A stretch of DNA of 64,000 bases from an uncultured Bacteroides sp. (GTDB lineage: Bacteria; Bacteroidota; Bacteroidia; Bacteroidales; Bacteroidaceae): assembly GCA_964419245.1 (NCBI GenBank), contig CAYQOV010000003.1, forward strand, positions 21,334 through 85,333, written 5' to 3'. The translations under genes and the position numbers were made by a program. How positions within the stretch are numbered: the first letter of the stretch is position 1; each line of letters begins with the position of its first letter. This document shows positions 40,553 through 50,782 of this stretch, in pieces. A model generated the notes under the pieces. The model searched no databases. It was not told where the DNA came from and saw only the letters and a list, made by a program, of their open reading frames with translations.

Positions 40553-41775
40553 AGAAGACAATAATCATCTGTGCATGCCTTGCCCTGGCGGCAGGGGTGC
40601 ACGCCCAAAGCAGCATCGAAGCCATCCTCCGGCAGGTGGAGGCCAACAACAAGGAACTGCAGGCCAACGCCCGCACCACGGAGGCACAGAAGCTGGAGAA
40701 CCGCGCCTCGAACAACCTGGCCGACCCCACCCTGTCGTATGCCCACCTGTGGGACTCGCAGGACAAGAACATCACCGTGGGCGAGCTGGTCATTGCCCAG
40801 AGCTTCGACTTCCCCTCGCTCTACGTCAGCCGTGCCCGCATGAACCGCCTCAAGGCCAGCTCACTGGACGCGCAGGCCAACGCCCGGCGGCAGGCCATCC
40901 TGCTCCAGGCACAGGAAGCCTGCCTCGACATCATCCACCTCAGCCGCCAGCAGCAGCTGCTGGACGAGCGCCTGAAGAATGCCGAGGAGCTGGCCGCCTA
41001 CTACCGCCGACGCCTGGAGACGGGCGACGCCAGCACGCTGGAGACCAATAAAATCAACCTGGAACTGCTGAACGTGCGCACCGAGGCCCGCATGAACCGC
41101 ACGGCACTGGACAGCAAGCTGAAGGAGCTGACGGCCCTGAACGGCAACCTGTCGCTCGTCCCCGGCCGCCCCATGCCCGACGGCCCTGCCGCCCCCACGG
41201 CGCAGAACCTGGGCCTGACGGACTATTCCTCCGTCCCCCTGCCTGCCGACTTCGGCCCGCTGTGCGAAGAGCTGCTGGCCTCCGACCCTGCCCTGCTCTC
41301 GCTCCGGCAGGAAAGCCAGGCGGCACAGAAGCAGCTGTCCGTCAGCCGTCAGGGCTGGCTGCCCGGCCTGGAGCTGGGCTACCGCCGCAACACCGAGAGC
41401 CGCCATCCGCTCAACGGACTGGTGGTGGGCTTCTCGTTCCCCCTCTTCCAGAACCACGGCAAGGTGAAGGCCGCCCGTTCGCAGGCCCTCAGTGCCGACT
41501 TCCGCGAAGAGAACGCCCGCCTCAGCGCCAGCACCGCCCTGTGGCAGCTCTACGACGAGGCCTGCAACCTCCACGCCTCCATGCAGGAGTATGCCGAGAC
41601 CTTCGGCCGCCAGCAGGACCTGAAGCTGCTGCGTCAGGCACTGGACGGCGGACAGATCAGCATGATCGAGTACTTCGTCGAAGTCTCCGTCATCTACCAG
41701 AGCCAGGCCAACCTGCTGCAGCTGGAGAACCAGTACCAGAAGGTGATGGCAAGAATATATAAGAGTAAGCTATAA
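40549..41775 (+). CDS. TolC/CzcC-family outer-membrane channel
   Basis: Signal peptide, helical OEP repeats; last gene of the RND operon. Confidence 0.9.
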   Translation: MKKTIIICACLALAAGVHAQSSIEAILRQVEANNKELQANARTTEAQKLENRASNNLADPTLSYAHLWDSQDKNITVGELVIAQSFDFPSLYVSRARMNRLKASSLDAQANARRQAILLQAQEACLDIIHLSRQQQLLDERLKNAEELAAYYRRRLETGDASTLETNKINLELLNVRTEARMNRTALDSKLKELTALNGNLSLVPGRPMPDGPAAPTAQNLGLTDYSSVPLPADFGPLCEELLASDPALLSLRQESQAAQKQLSVSRQGWLPGLELGYRRNTESRHPLNGLVVGFSFPLFQNHGKVKAARSQALSADFREENARLSASTALWQLYDEACNLHASMQEYAETFGRQQDLKLLRQALDGGQISMIEYFVEVSVIYQSQANLLQLENQYQKVMARIYKSKL

Positions 41776-43227
41776 GATTCTTGTTTCTTGGGGAAAGTAT
41801 CCGCTACGGATGCGCCATTCCTGCGGATAGAGGTTGTTGGCCCGGTTGCCGACATTCTTCACAAAGCCGAGAGGAAAACCCCGATAAGCAAGCAATACAA
41901 AACCACGGGAGGCCGCATCGGAAAGGGTGACGGCCTCCTTGCGCAGATAAGCAATGGCCGTCGGATAGTCCACCTCCTCGCAGGCAAAGGCCTCGCGGCG
42001 AAGCAGGCTGCTCATGGCCAGTGCATGGGCAGGAACGCAATCCTTCCCTTTCGCCCCGGCCAGCGTCACGCCGGCCTGCAGGACACGGACATGCTGCTTC
42101 AAAGCCGACAACACAGGGAGCCACGACGTAGCGAAGACAGTCAGCGTCTGTCCCTCGGGCATCAGGCTATATCCTTCCGCCCCGCGCAGCCAGCCCTGCA
42201 CCACCGCCAGCTGCTCCTTGCCGAAAGCCGGGGGAGCCGAAGCCTTGCCACCGCTCCCCTTCTTCCCCTTCCATTTGTCCGCGTTCATCCGCCCCATCCG
42301 CGTGCCATCGTTCTCGTCTTCTTCCCCCGCCTTGCGCAGCACGGCCAGGAAGAATCCTTCACCTTGCGTCTTGTGTGGCAGGAAACGATACACGGGGAAA
42401 TCTTCCCCCGCCAGCAGGTTGCCCGTGATGTGCCAGTCGGCAGGCACGTCGAGCGGCAGCACCTCCGCCCCCAGCCCGTCGCGAATCCAGCGCACATTCT
42501 CCTCGTTCTCCTTCGTATTATAGGTACACGTGCTGTACACCAGCAGTCCGCCCGGCTTCAGGCAGGGCCAGATGTCCGCCAGGATGCGCCGCTGGCGTTG
42601 CCAGCAGATTTCCACATTCTCCGGACTCCATTCCTCGATGGCCGTCTCGTCCTTGCGGAACATGCCTTCGCCCGAACAGGGCACGTCGGTCACGATGCAG
42701 TCGAACAGATGTTCCAACGGCGTGAACTCGGCCGGATCGCTATTCGTCACCACCACGTCGGGATGCCCCCATTTCGTCAGGTTCTCCACCAGCACCTGCA
42801 CCCGGTTGCGCATCACCTCGTTGGCCACCAGCAGGCTGCCCGCCGGTAACAGGCTGCGCAGGTGGGTGGACTTGCCGCCCGGTGCGGCACAAAGATCAAG
42901 TACCGCCACCGGCCTGTCGGGCAGATACCGCCTCACCGCCTGCTCCACAAACATGGACGACGCCTCCTGCACGTAGTAACACCCCGCATGAAACAGGGGG
43001 TCGAAGGTAAACGTCAACCGCTGGTCCAGATAATAAGCACCGGTAGCCCAAGGAACCTCATTTAATGGAGAATGGAGAATGGAGAATGGAGAATGACCGA
43101 ACTTCAGCGGGTTCAGGCGGATGCTGACGGGTTGTTCGTCCTCCAGCAGGGCGGCGGAAAAACGATTGTATTCTGCTTCGCCCAGCAGGGCACGGGTATA
43201 GTCTACAAAAAGAGCAGGTAGTTGCAT
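41770..43227 (-). CDS. RsmF/NOL1/NOP2-family rRNA cytosine-C5 methyltransferase
   Basis: YYVQEASSM, VLDLCAAPGGKS, DVPCSGEGMFRK and YSTCT..EENE motifs. Confidence 0.95.
   Translation of the reverse strand: MQLPALFVDYTRALLGEAEYNRFSAALLEDEQPVSIRLNPLKFGHSPFSILHSPLNEVPWATGAYYLDQRLTFTFDPLFHAGCYYVQEASSMFVEQAVRRYLPDRPVAVLDLCAAPGGKSTHLRSLLPAGSLLVANEVMRNRVQVLVENLTKWGHPDVVVTNSDPAEFTPLEHLFDCIVTDVPCSGEGMFRKDETAIEEWSPENVEICWQRQRRILADIWPCLKPGGLLVYSTCTYNTKENEENVRWIRDGLGAEVLPLDVPADWHITGNLLAGEDFPVYRFLPHKTQGEGFFLAVLRKAGEEDENDGTRMGRMNADKWKGKKGSGGKASAPPAFGKEQLAVVQGWLRGAEGYSLMPEGQTLTVFATSWLPVLSALKQHVRVLQAGVTLAGAKGKDCVPAHALAMSSLLRREAFACEEVDYPTAIAYLRKEAVTLSDAASRGFVLLAYRGFPLGFVKNVGNRANNLYPQEWRIRSGYFPQETRIL
43064..43095. 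repeat. Intragenic heptamer microsatellite (AATGGAG)x4 + AATG
   Basis: Read directly from the sequence; encodes HSPFSILHSPL on the minus strand. Confidence 0.9.
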
Positions 43228-43461
43228 GGCATATCTCTTGAAATGTTCGGCTACAAAAGTAAAGAATTTGAAGGGAAGTTCCTCTCCTTAAATCACAGAT
43301 ATTTCTCCACGATTGAAAAAAACAAGCCATACCGCTTTTGACGATATGGCTTGACAAACAAAACAAACAATTGCTTATTGCGATTAATAAGCTATTCCTG
43401 TCCCGCTTCTCCAAGCCCGGACAGGAGGCTCGCCTCACGACGATTTCTCTTTGCGACGGCT

Positions 43462-44427
43462 TCAGCGTTCCTGCAGAGCCGCACGTATTTTTTCGTAGGC
43501 CGCGTCTTTCAGCAGCACCGTTTTCTTTCCGTCCAGCAGGTAGAGCGAGGGCATGGCCTTCAGGTCGTAGAGCGCCCCCAGCTTCACCGCCTCGCGGTCG
43601 GTGCCCACCGTCCAGCCCCGGGGCATGTCGGGCAGGGCCTTGCGCCACGCCTCTTCGTTGCCTTCGGTATAGACGGCCAGCACGCTCAGCTGGCCACTCT
43701 GCACCGCTGCGGCCAGCGATGCATCGGCAGCCATCTGCTGCAACACTTCGTGACACGACTCACATTCGGGGTCGTAGAACACCAGCAACAGACGGTCGTT
43801 CTTCGCAGGCGTGGCGGCCAGCGTGCGGCGCGTGCCGTCGGGCAGGTAGTAGGTGAAGTCCGTGGCCCGGTCGCCCGGGTTGTTGCGCCTCACCAGCTCC
43901 AGCTTGAACTGATAGGAAGAGCGCACGGCGTCCGTCTGCGGCAGCACGCCGAGCATGGTCTCCAGGTACAGCCCGTAGAGTGCCTCGTTGTAGAAAGGCG
44001 AGTTGGGGTTGAAGAGGTAGTCGTCCGCCGTTTGGGTCAGCACCCGTCGGGCATGTGCCTCCCCGATGAAGCCCGCGCACCAGTTCTTCAGGCTCTCGCG
44101 TGACAGTTTCTCCGAAGTCGTTCCGTCCAGCAGCAGGGCGATGAAGTTCACGAAGCCCTGCTCCGTCACGTCGCGGTTGTTCACCAGGGTAGTATCGGCA
44201 AAGCTGAACTGGTCCCAGTAGTGGGTCAGCAGCCAGGCTTTGCGGGCTTCCGGTTCCGTCAGAGTGGCGGGGATTTCGGGGAAAGGGAAAGAGTTACGGG
44301 ATCTTTCCTCTACTATTATTCCATCCTTAAAGACCTTTGTATCCGCTTTATTGTTCCCTTGACAAGAAAAAAGTAATGGCAAAGATATGACAACATATAT
44401 GTATTTATTCACACACAAAAAAGCCAT
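43462..44427 (-). CDS. DUF5106 + thioredoxin-like lipoprotein at the end of the pilus operon
   Basis: Lipobox LFSC, HYWDQFSF, FYDPECESC (CxxC) and YDLKAMPSLYLLD motifs. Confidence 0.88.
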   Translation of the reverse strand: MAFLCVNKYIYVVISLPLLFSCQGNNKADTKVFKDGIIVEERSRNSFPFPEIPATLTEPEARKAWLLTHYWDQFSFADTTLVNNRDVTEQGFVNFIALLLDGTTSEKLSRESLKNWCAGFIGEAHARRVLTQTADDYLFNPNSPFYNEALYGLYLETMLGVLPQTDAVRSSYQFKLELVRRNNPGDRATDFTYYLPDGTRRTLAATPAKNDRLLLVFYDPECESCHEVLQQMAADASLAAAVQSGQLSVLAVYTEGNEEAWRKALPDMPRGWTVGTDREAVKLGALYDLKAMPSLYLLDGKKTVLLKDAAYEKIRAALQER

Positions 44428-44442
44428 ATAATCTTCCTATTT

Positions 44443-47400
44443 TTATTTTCCATTAATCATATCACGAACACAACGAACTTTGACGTAGCTTCCACCTTGT
44501 GTTGTTACGAAACCTTGGGCTGCATCATATGAAAAGCCTGGACGATCTGTTGTATTTCCCGAGAATCCTGTAGAAATAGCATAATAGTCACTCGTTATTC
44601 CTAAAACTGAAGCTTTAGTCGCTAAAACCATCATTTCACGTAGATTTGGTACTCTCCAATATCCCCGATAACTTTGATCATCTCCTGTTTGGCTATAATT
44701 TGCACAAGGATCAAGATCACCCTTCCAAATATTTGATGCTAAGTACGTTGCACCAGAATTCACATCATTTTTCGCTACAACAAATCCCTGAGGCAAACGA
44801 TTCAAGTCGGTCATATTATCCAATGCCGGTTCCTCGTAATGCGGAGCGTACGGTCCATATTGAAGAGCAGAACGATAGATACGAGGATCCAAACGGTCAC
44901 CAAAGTCAAAAATGTAATCGCCTTTGCCTTGATCATAAGAAACATCTCCTAATGCTTTATCATCGACAACAGTCTCATTGGAATTTTGGTCCTTTACCTC
45001 TTCACTAGGCAAATTTCTCACACAACGTACCAATCCCTCATACTTGAACCCTTGATTTTGCTTTCTTGCCCCAAAAGCTCCAACTTCAGCAGCCCATAAC
45101 AACTGCCGAGCATCTCCTTTTGAAGAGGATGAATAAGTACTTGTATAATACAAAACTCCTTCTTCATAAAAAGCATCTGGATAAGCCTTCTTACTCAGCT
45201 GCGTTTTATCTCCTTGAAAAAGTTTGGCAGCATCTGACATGGCTGCACTACCTATCTGTAATCTTGTATATTGATCGCCTGATGCTAAGTACCATCTGAT
45301 TTCATTATCATCTATTTTACCATCACCATCCAAATCTCTATTACGACTTAAGCATGCATAAAAAGGATGAGGATTATTCAATGATTCATTATTTTCTATT
45401 TTATGCTTCAAACTTTGAGAAGATGTCAAATATCCATTAGTTTTGATATTAACATAGTTGTTCCATTTAGAATTACTGTTTATTCCAACCAAATCGATCA
45501 TATTTTTCCTTCCATTAACATCTGAAGTACCCTTTCCTGACCAAAGATTCCACGGGTACGCATTATATTCTGAAAACGGACTATTCTCACAATATGTTTC
45601 CAATCCTATTGCATTAACATTATCTGCTACTGATGCATTATAAAATGTCTGAATAGAACGTTGGGAAATAGAAGTACGAGCCTTCGCATAAATACTATGC
45701 CCATCAGGACTAATATTCATATCGCTGGCTATAGTCATAGTACGATCATTTTGTCTAGTAAATGTAGCCCAACTCACACTCTCTCCACTAAGAGGATTTT
45801 TATCATAATAATATTCATTCACAAAGGCTGTAAAATATACTTTATTATCAGATGATACAATAATTCCCTCATTATTAGTAGATATATCTTCACCATTGAG
45901 CAGTTTTGCCACTAAATTACCTAACTTAACGCACAAGTTATATGGATCTATAAGCTTAGCATTCCCATCTCCAGGATATGAAGAAAGTTCGGAAGAACTA
46001 GCTTGTGAATAAAAATAAACCCACTTATAATCCATTAAATTAAGAATATTTTTCTCACTACTTGCACTTTGTAAATCTTTCGCTATCGCATAAGGACGAA
46101 TATACTCAGATCCACTTAAATCAAACGGAGTAGAAGTCTTCAGAATAAAAGCATTGGCTATTTTCTCGTCTTGAGATAATTCTGATTGATCAGCTCTTAT
46201 AGCATCTCTTATTGCGGCCAAATCATATGAAACAATCATTTGTTCATACGTACAATCCAAATCAAAAATCTCAGAAGCAGTTTCATTTCCTATAATAATA
46301 CCCTCTGCCCCAGGTTGATCACCATCTCCTGTTTCTTTTTTAGCTTCCGTGATAATACTCGTAACTCCTTGTACAGTTATATTATATTGATAACGGGCAT
46401 TTCGTTCCACCGAGAAGTTACCCATGCTTCCCGTGTTACTAAAATCTCCCAAATGAATTGTATAAGAAGTAGTTCCTTGATTTACCAACGTACCATTCTG
46501 ATCTTTTTCTGAATAAGTTCCAGATATAACAACATATGTACTCTTCTCAGGTGCAAACTTCCACTTACGAGTATTTGGATCACGTTCATCACGCTTTGAA
46601 TATTCTTTTTCGCCTATAACATCAATTTTCAACTGAATATTTTCGGGTAAGTAGAACTGACAAGTCTTAGCAATAACGTTATTATCATTATCATATTTAT
46701 TAGCCCATGTCGTAAATTCCTGGGTATCATAATACTGACGTTCTTCCACCACAGGTACAATATCATTATCGGAAATGACCAATGCATTCTGACATACGTT
46801 ATATATCTTATATGTTTGAGGTATAAATTCAATGGAATTGTTATTATTTGTTGCTGTAGTATTGACAGTAAACTCAATACTTGCAATAGGGCGTTTCAAA
46901 AGTATCTTACCTGTTGCTTGTGCACCATCACCTGTTCCTGAAACCTGAATTTTCCCCTCTCCTGTTAGAAATATTGAAGAAATAGAAACAGGTAAAGACT
47001 GATTTGTTGCATAGATTGAATTAATTGCAAATAATTTCTTCTTAAAATCATCTTCTGACTCAATCTTTTTTAATTCATCTAAAAGAGTCTGACTATTATA
47101 ATATGCACTTGAAGTATTTCCTAAAGCATATACAGTATTTTCACCCGTATTTGCTTCAAATGCCCCTGTAACCACATAATCATACTCATTCCCTTGAGCA
47201 GAAGCTTTTATTTGTTCCTGAGGGATATCAACAACTGACACTTTATATCCTCCTGAAAAAATAAATAGAGTCAAATTAGTTAATGTCGGCTTATCAGCAT
47301 CGGCCCGTGAAAGTACCATTTTTTTCGACATTACATCACTCAATCGAAAACTTAAAGAAGATAACTGAACTTTTTCCCCTGAAGCAGATGAAAAATAATC

Positions 47401-47466
47401 ATCATCCTGACATGCACAAAAACAAACGAGTAACAATGCCCAATATATATATATAACTTTCTTCAT
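44443..47466 (-). CDS. Type V pilus tip adhesin (DUF4906-like) with C-terminal C-type-lectin-fold motifs
   Basis: Lipobox CAC, LSR-A processing site, FYLPEN, HLGDF...NFSVERN, RNRDLDGDGKID..EIRWYL, WRVPNLRE and two VRCVR motifs. Confidence 0.82.
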   Translation of the reverse strand: MKKVIYIYWALLLVCFCACQDDDYFSSASGEKVQLSSLSFRLSDVMSKKMVLSRADADKPTLTNLTLFIFSGGYKVSVVDIPQEQIKASAQGNEYDYVVTGAFEANTGENTVYALGNTSSAYYNSQTLLDELKKIESEDDFKKKLFAINSIYATNQSLPVSISSIFLTGEGKIQVSGTGDGAQATGKILLKRPIASIEFTVNTTATNNNNSIEFIPQTYKIYNVCQNALVISDNDIVPVVEERQYYDTQEFTTWANKYDNDNNVIAKTCQFYLPENIQLKIDVIGEKEYSKRDERDPNTRKWKFAPEKSTYVVISGTYSEKDQNGTLVNQGTTSYTIHLGDFSNTGSMGNFSVERNARYQYNITVQGVTSIITEAKKETGDGDQPGAEGIIIGNETASEIFDLDCTYEQMIVSYDLAAIRDAIRADQSELSQDEKIANAFILKTSTPFDLSGSEYIRPYAIAKDLQSASSEKNILNLMDYKWVYFYSQASSSELSSYPGDGNAKLIDPYNLCVKLGNLVAKLLNGEDISTNNEGIIVSSDNKVYFTAFVNEYYYDKNPLSGESVSWATFTRQNDRTMTIASDMNISPDGHSIYAKARTSISQRSIQTFYNASVADNVNAIGLETYCENSPFSEYNAYPWNLWSGKGTSDVNGRKNMIDLVGINSNSKWNNYVNIKTNGYLTSSQSLKHKIENNESLNNPHPFYACLSRNRDLDGDGKIDDNEIRWYLASGDQYTRLQIGSAAMSDAAKLFQGDKTQLSKKAYPDAFYEEGVLYYTSTYSSSSKGDARQLLWAAEVGAFGARKQNQGFKYEGLVRCVRNLPSEEVKDQNSNETVVDDKALGDVSYDQGKGDYIFDFGDRLDPRIYRSALQYGPYAPHYEEPALDNMTDLNRLPQGFVVAKNDVNSGATYLASNIWKGDLDPCANYSQTGDDQSYRGYWRVPNLREMMVLATKASVLGITSDYYAISTGFSGNTTDRPGFSYDAAQGFVTTQGGSYVKVRCVRDMINGK

Positions 47467-47478
47467 AATACATCATTT

Positions 47479-48588
47479 TTAATTGAACTCTATATCCATA
47501 TCACCCTTAGAATTCCAGTCTTCAATTTTTACTTGAAGGTTACTAGAGACAGTAAAAGAACCTGGATTTATAGTACCATTAACTATCAGAATAGTATTCC
47601 GTCCCAATATTGTCCGACTACCTTCTGTCTTATAAAATTCTTTATATTGTCCATTAATAGTCGGAAAGTTCGTAGTACTTAAAGCTATACTAAATCGATA
47701 ATAATCATCAGTATTATCTGTGCTAGAAGGATATAAATAATAAGTTAAGACATTCTCATTTTCACCTACTCCCAAAGTCGCATCTTTCACAAAAGCATGA
47801 TAAGTAAGAGCTGTTTGATTAGGAGTTTGGACATCATTCTCTGTATGCCGATAATAATATACTTTATCTGCGAAAAAACAACCAAACCTCACATGAGTCA
47901 AATCAATAGAAGAAGATGTATTATTAGTAAGATTTACCACAATTTTTGCGACACATCGTATCAAATAAATCGTGATATTTTTCTCTGATATTTGTTCATC
48001 TGTCAAATCCAGAGGCACACCGCCATCATGATATTCTTCACTTTCTTTCACGCCATAACACCCTGTCATGGGTAAACCAGCATCTTTATCTTCAGCTTCT
48101 TCTGTAGTTAATGGGAAAAATGTAGCCTGATTTTCACTATCCCAGGCACGCGCTAAAATTTCATCAGGCTCAAGTTTTCCATTATTATTACCAATGTCAT
48201 ATGAAGTATTCTGATCAATATCTTTCAATAAAGACTCCGTATCAAAAGAGCGTCCCATACTCCCTTCGTTTGCAAAAGCATACACACGTATTTTACTACG
48301 AGGAACACCCACTATGCGAATAGGTTTACTTAAATCAACATTGTTCAATATGCTATTTATCAAAATCTCACCATCAACATCTGTGATAAGAAAACGTAAA
48401 GTCTTTATTTCATTGTCGAAATCATTTACATTATCTACTGTAGATCTACTCAATCCAGCTAAATGAAAATTTAAAGTTACGGTTTCCGATGATGATTCAA
48501 CAATATCTGAATCTTTAATGCACGAACTCATTACCCCAGTTAAAAACATGAGTAAGATTACACTCAAATATTTTCTAAATTTCTTCAT
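47479..48588 (-). CDS. Type V minor pilin (fimbrillin)
   Basis: Lipobox MSSC, LSR-S cleavage site, GLPMTG, LIRCVAKI, and C-terminal VKIEDW donor strand. Confidence 0.82.
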   Translation of the reverse strand: MKKFRKYLSVILLMFLTGVMSSCIKDSDIVESSSETVTLNFHLAGLSRSTVDNVNDFDNEIKTLRFLITDVDGEILINSILNNVDLSKPIRIVGVPRSKIRVYAFANEGSMGRSFDTESLLKDIDQNTSYDIGNNNGKLEPDEILARAWDSENQATFFPLTTEEAEDKDAGLPMTGCYGVKESEEYHDGGVPLDLTDEQISEKNITIYLIRCVAKIVVNLTNNTSSSIDLTHVRFGCFFADKVYYYRHTENDVQTPNQTALTYHAFVKDATLGVGENENVLTYYLYPSSTDNTDDYYRFSIALSTTNFPTINGQYKEFYKTEGSRTILGRNTILIVNGTINPGSFTVSSNLQVKIEDWNSKGDMDIEFN

Positions 48589-48606
48589 ATACAGTCCTCC
48601 TTAAGG

Positions 48607-49560
48607 TTAGTTCCAATCCGGTTTTCCGTTTACAATCACCCAATCGGGAACTTTAATTTCAACATTCATTTCGCTAAACACGATTGAAATAGGTAATTCA
48701 GCTTCCTGTTTTGTTACATCAATGACATCAGCATTACGAACCAGATAATTATATAGATTTCCACGAACCAGCTCTGTTCCCGTATTTATATCGGTCAAAA
48801 CTAATGTGTGTTCACAATGTTCCGCACTTAATTCTCCTTCGGAATCCATACGGAACAATGCCAAATCTTGTGTACGATAGCATTGATTTTCACTATCATA
48901 TATCAAATCGGGATAAATAGAGCCTTTTTCGTTTAAGTTAATTTCATTGTTAAAAGAAACTTGTGCGTTCGAATTTTCGAAGCTCAGTTGGTAAGGAATT
49001 CCTGCAGTCTGACGTGTTCCACTTGGAGCAGGAAGTCCATGAATTTCTACAAACACCTTCACATGCGCACTGTATAGAGTCACTGTATCACGATACATCA
49101 CCCCTTCCTGATCGGGCATCACGAACTCTTTCTCACCCAGATAATTGTAATCGTGGTTGGTTACAGGAACATTGGGATCACTCCAAGCCGGATCCTGAAG
49201 ATAAATATTGGCAAAATTTGTTTCAGTAGCATAGTTTACCACTTCCGTATGATCGTAATGGTTACCTACAGCCACCACTCTATAACGTTGCCCCGGGCGA
49301 AGTTTAAACGACGGGACAGCTTCGAATTTGGTTAATTCGTCCTGATTATATGAGCCGACTCCCAGTATATGTCCATTCGAATCAAAAACATACAGGTCCA
49401 CCTTGCTCATATACTGGTTCAATACGTCCTTATCGCCGTCAGCCAGATACTGGAAATAGATAGTCACATTGTGACACTCATCCAGATCATCTTTAATACA
49501 ACTGGTCGTCAGGACGGTAGCGACCAGCGCCATTAATATATATCTTACTAATTTCATCAT
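48607..49560 (-). CDS. FimB/Mfa2-family anchor pilin
   Basis: SCIKDDLDEC lipoprotein start, VDLYVFD, VVAVGN, C-terminal IKVPDWVIVNGKPDW. Confidence 0.88.
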   Translation of the reverse strand: MMKLVRYILMALVATVLTTSCIKDDLDECHNVTIYFQYLADGDKDVLNQYMSKVDLYVFDSNGHILGVGSYNQDELTKFEAVPSFKLRPGQRYRVVAVGNHYDHTEVVNYATETNFANIYLQDPAWSDPNVPVTNHDYNYLGEKEFVMPDQEGVMYRDTVTLYSAHVKVFVEIHGLPAPSGTRQTAGIPYQLSFENSNAQVSFNNEINLNEKGSIYPDLIYDSENQCYRTQDLALFRMDSEGELSAEHCEHTLVLTDINTGTELVRGNLYNYLVRNADVIDVTKQEAELPISIVFSEMNVEIKVPDWVIVNGKPDWN

Positions 49561-49595
49561 TCTTATTAAGGTTTATTATTTCTGTATGTTCGGAG

Positions 49596-49628
49596 TATTT
49601 TGGCGGAGAGTCATTCTCCGCCAAAATA
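49596..49628 (-). terminator. 14-bp stem-loop just after the major pilin gene (attenuator or mRNA-stabilising hairpin)
   Basis: TATTTTGGCGGAGA-GTCAT-TCTCCGCCAAAATA; no clear U-tract on the minus strand. Confidence 0.7.
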
Positions 49629-49640
49629 AAACTTTAATTA

Positions 49641-50732
49641 TTACTTATTCCATTCTACTGTTGCATTCACCAATGTCCAAGGTTCAACAGTAACGGTAGC
49701 CGTCAACGTAACGCCTTCACCGTCAGGAGTAGGACCAAGATCACCATCCTCAAGAATCAATCCCGTTATATTATAAATATAGCCAGCCTTGAAATTTGTA
49801 ATATAGCCACTATCATCAATACCATCATCTTCGCCTTCAGGTAACTGCAACTGACCTTTACTACTATCAAATTTGTATTTAGCCACCCTTGCATATCTAT
49901 ATGGTGATCCCGATACATTATTCTGTTCTGCACCACTAAAGCAAACAGTCAGTTTAGGGAGATTGTCAGCACCGCTTGCTGGGAATATGTTATAAGCATA
50001 GCATTGAGGCTTATCCTCTGCATCATTGGCTGGCCATGGTCCAGTTTGTGCACCTGTACCAATGACAACGGCATTAATCTCATCATAAACAGGGGCATCT
50101 GTCCATGTTTTAACAGTTTCCCAAGCTCCAATGTTATCAGCAATAGCCTTATCAGTTCCATTCTCTGTCTTAACAGCTCCATTCAGATAGATGCCATCTA
50201 ATGTAAGTGCAGTATAAGAAGATCCTTCAGTTGTGAATTTAAGTCCAGAGAACTGCAAACGGGCCAGACGACGCTCCAAATTGATGGTTACTGTATAATT
50301 ACCTGTCTTCTCATCTTGCACGAACGTGGATGATTCGCCATAAAGCGGTTCTGCCAAACCTGTATCATAAACGCTGGCCAAACTCATACCGGTCTTAATT
50401 CCATCATTAACGACAACCTTTATTAATTCCGGAGCTCTTACACCTGTAAATGTTATCCCTTTACTTAAATCACCATCACTAAGTTCTTGATCAATATCAC
50501 CTTCCGATGCAGTTAAAGTAATTGTACCACTTTTTACTTCAACAGGAAATGTTTTTCCATTATTCCCTGTGGTTGGTGTCTCCAGGGTTCGAGTAATAGC
50601 ATCACCTACAAATCTGACAGTTACTGTAGCACCATTTTGATGGGCTGTATCTATCACTTCTTCATTGTTACATGCCGCAAAAGCCAATCCGGACAATCCG
50701 AGCATAAAAAACTTGTTCATTTTCATAACCAC
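49641..50732 (-). CDS. Type V major (stalk) pilin, FimA/Mfa1-like
   Basis: Lipobox FAAC, ITR-T cleavage site, RRLARLQ, FKAGYIYNI, terminal VTVEPWTLVNATVEW donor strand. Confidence 0.85.
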   Translation of the reverse strand: MVMKMNKFFMLGLSGLAFAACNNEEVIDTAHQNGATVTVRFVGDAITRTLETPTTGNNGKTFPVEVKSGTITLTASEGDIDQELSDGDLSKGITFTGVRAPELIKVVVNDGIKTGMSLASVYDTGLAEPLYGESSTFVQDEKTGNYTVTINLERRLARLQFSGLKFTTEGSSYTALTLDGIYLNGAVKTENGTDKAIADNIGAWETVKTWTDAPVYDEINAVVIGTGAQTGPWPANDAEDKPQCYAYNIFPASGADNLPKLTVCFSGAEQNNVSGSPYRYARVAKYKFDSSKGQLQLPEGEDDGIDDSGYITNFKAGYIYNITGLILEDGDLGPTPDGEGVTLTATVTVEPWTLVNATVEWNK

Positions 50733-50782
50733 AAATTTTAGTTAATAAATATCTATTGTATGATCTCTCTGTTTTCTCAAAC

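Noticed and set aside
39056-40561. 501-aa minus-strand ORF and other long antisense ORFs (36316-37335, 54941-56611, 62348-63451, 15988-17079)
   Set aside because: Shadows of GC3-rich genes, which lack stop codons on the opposite strand.
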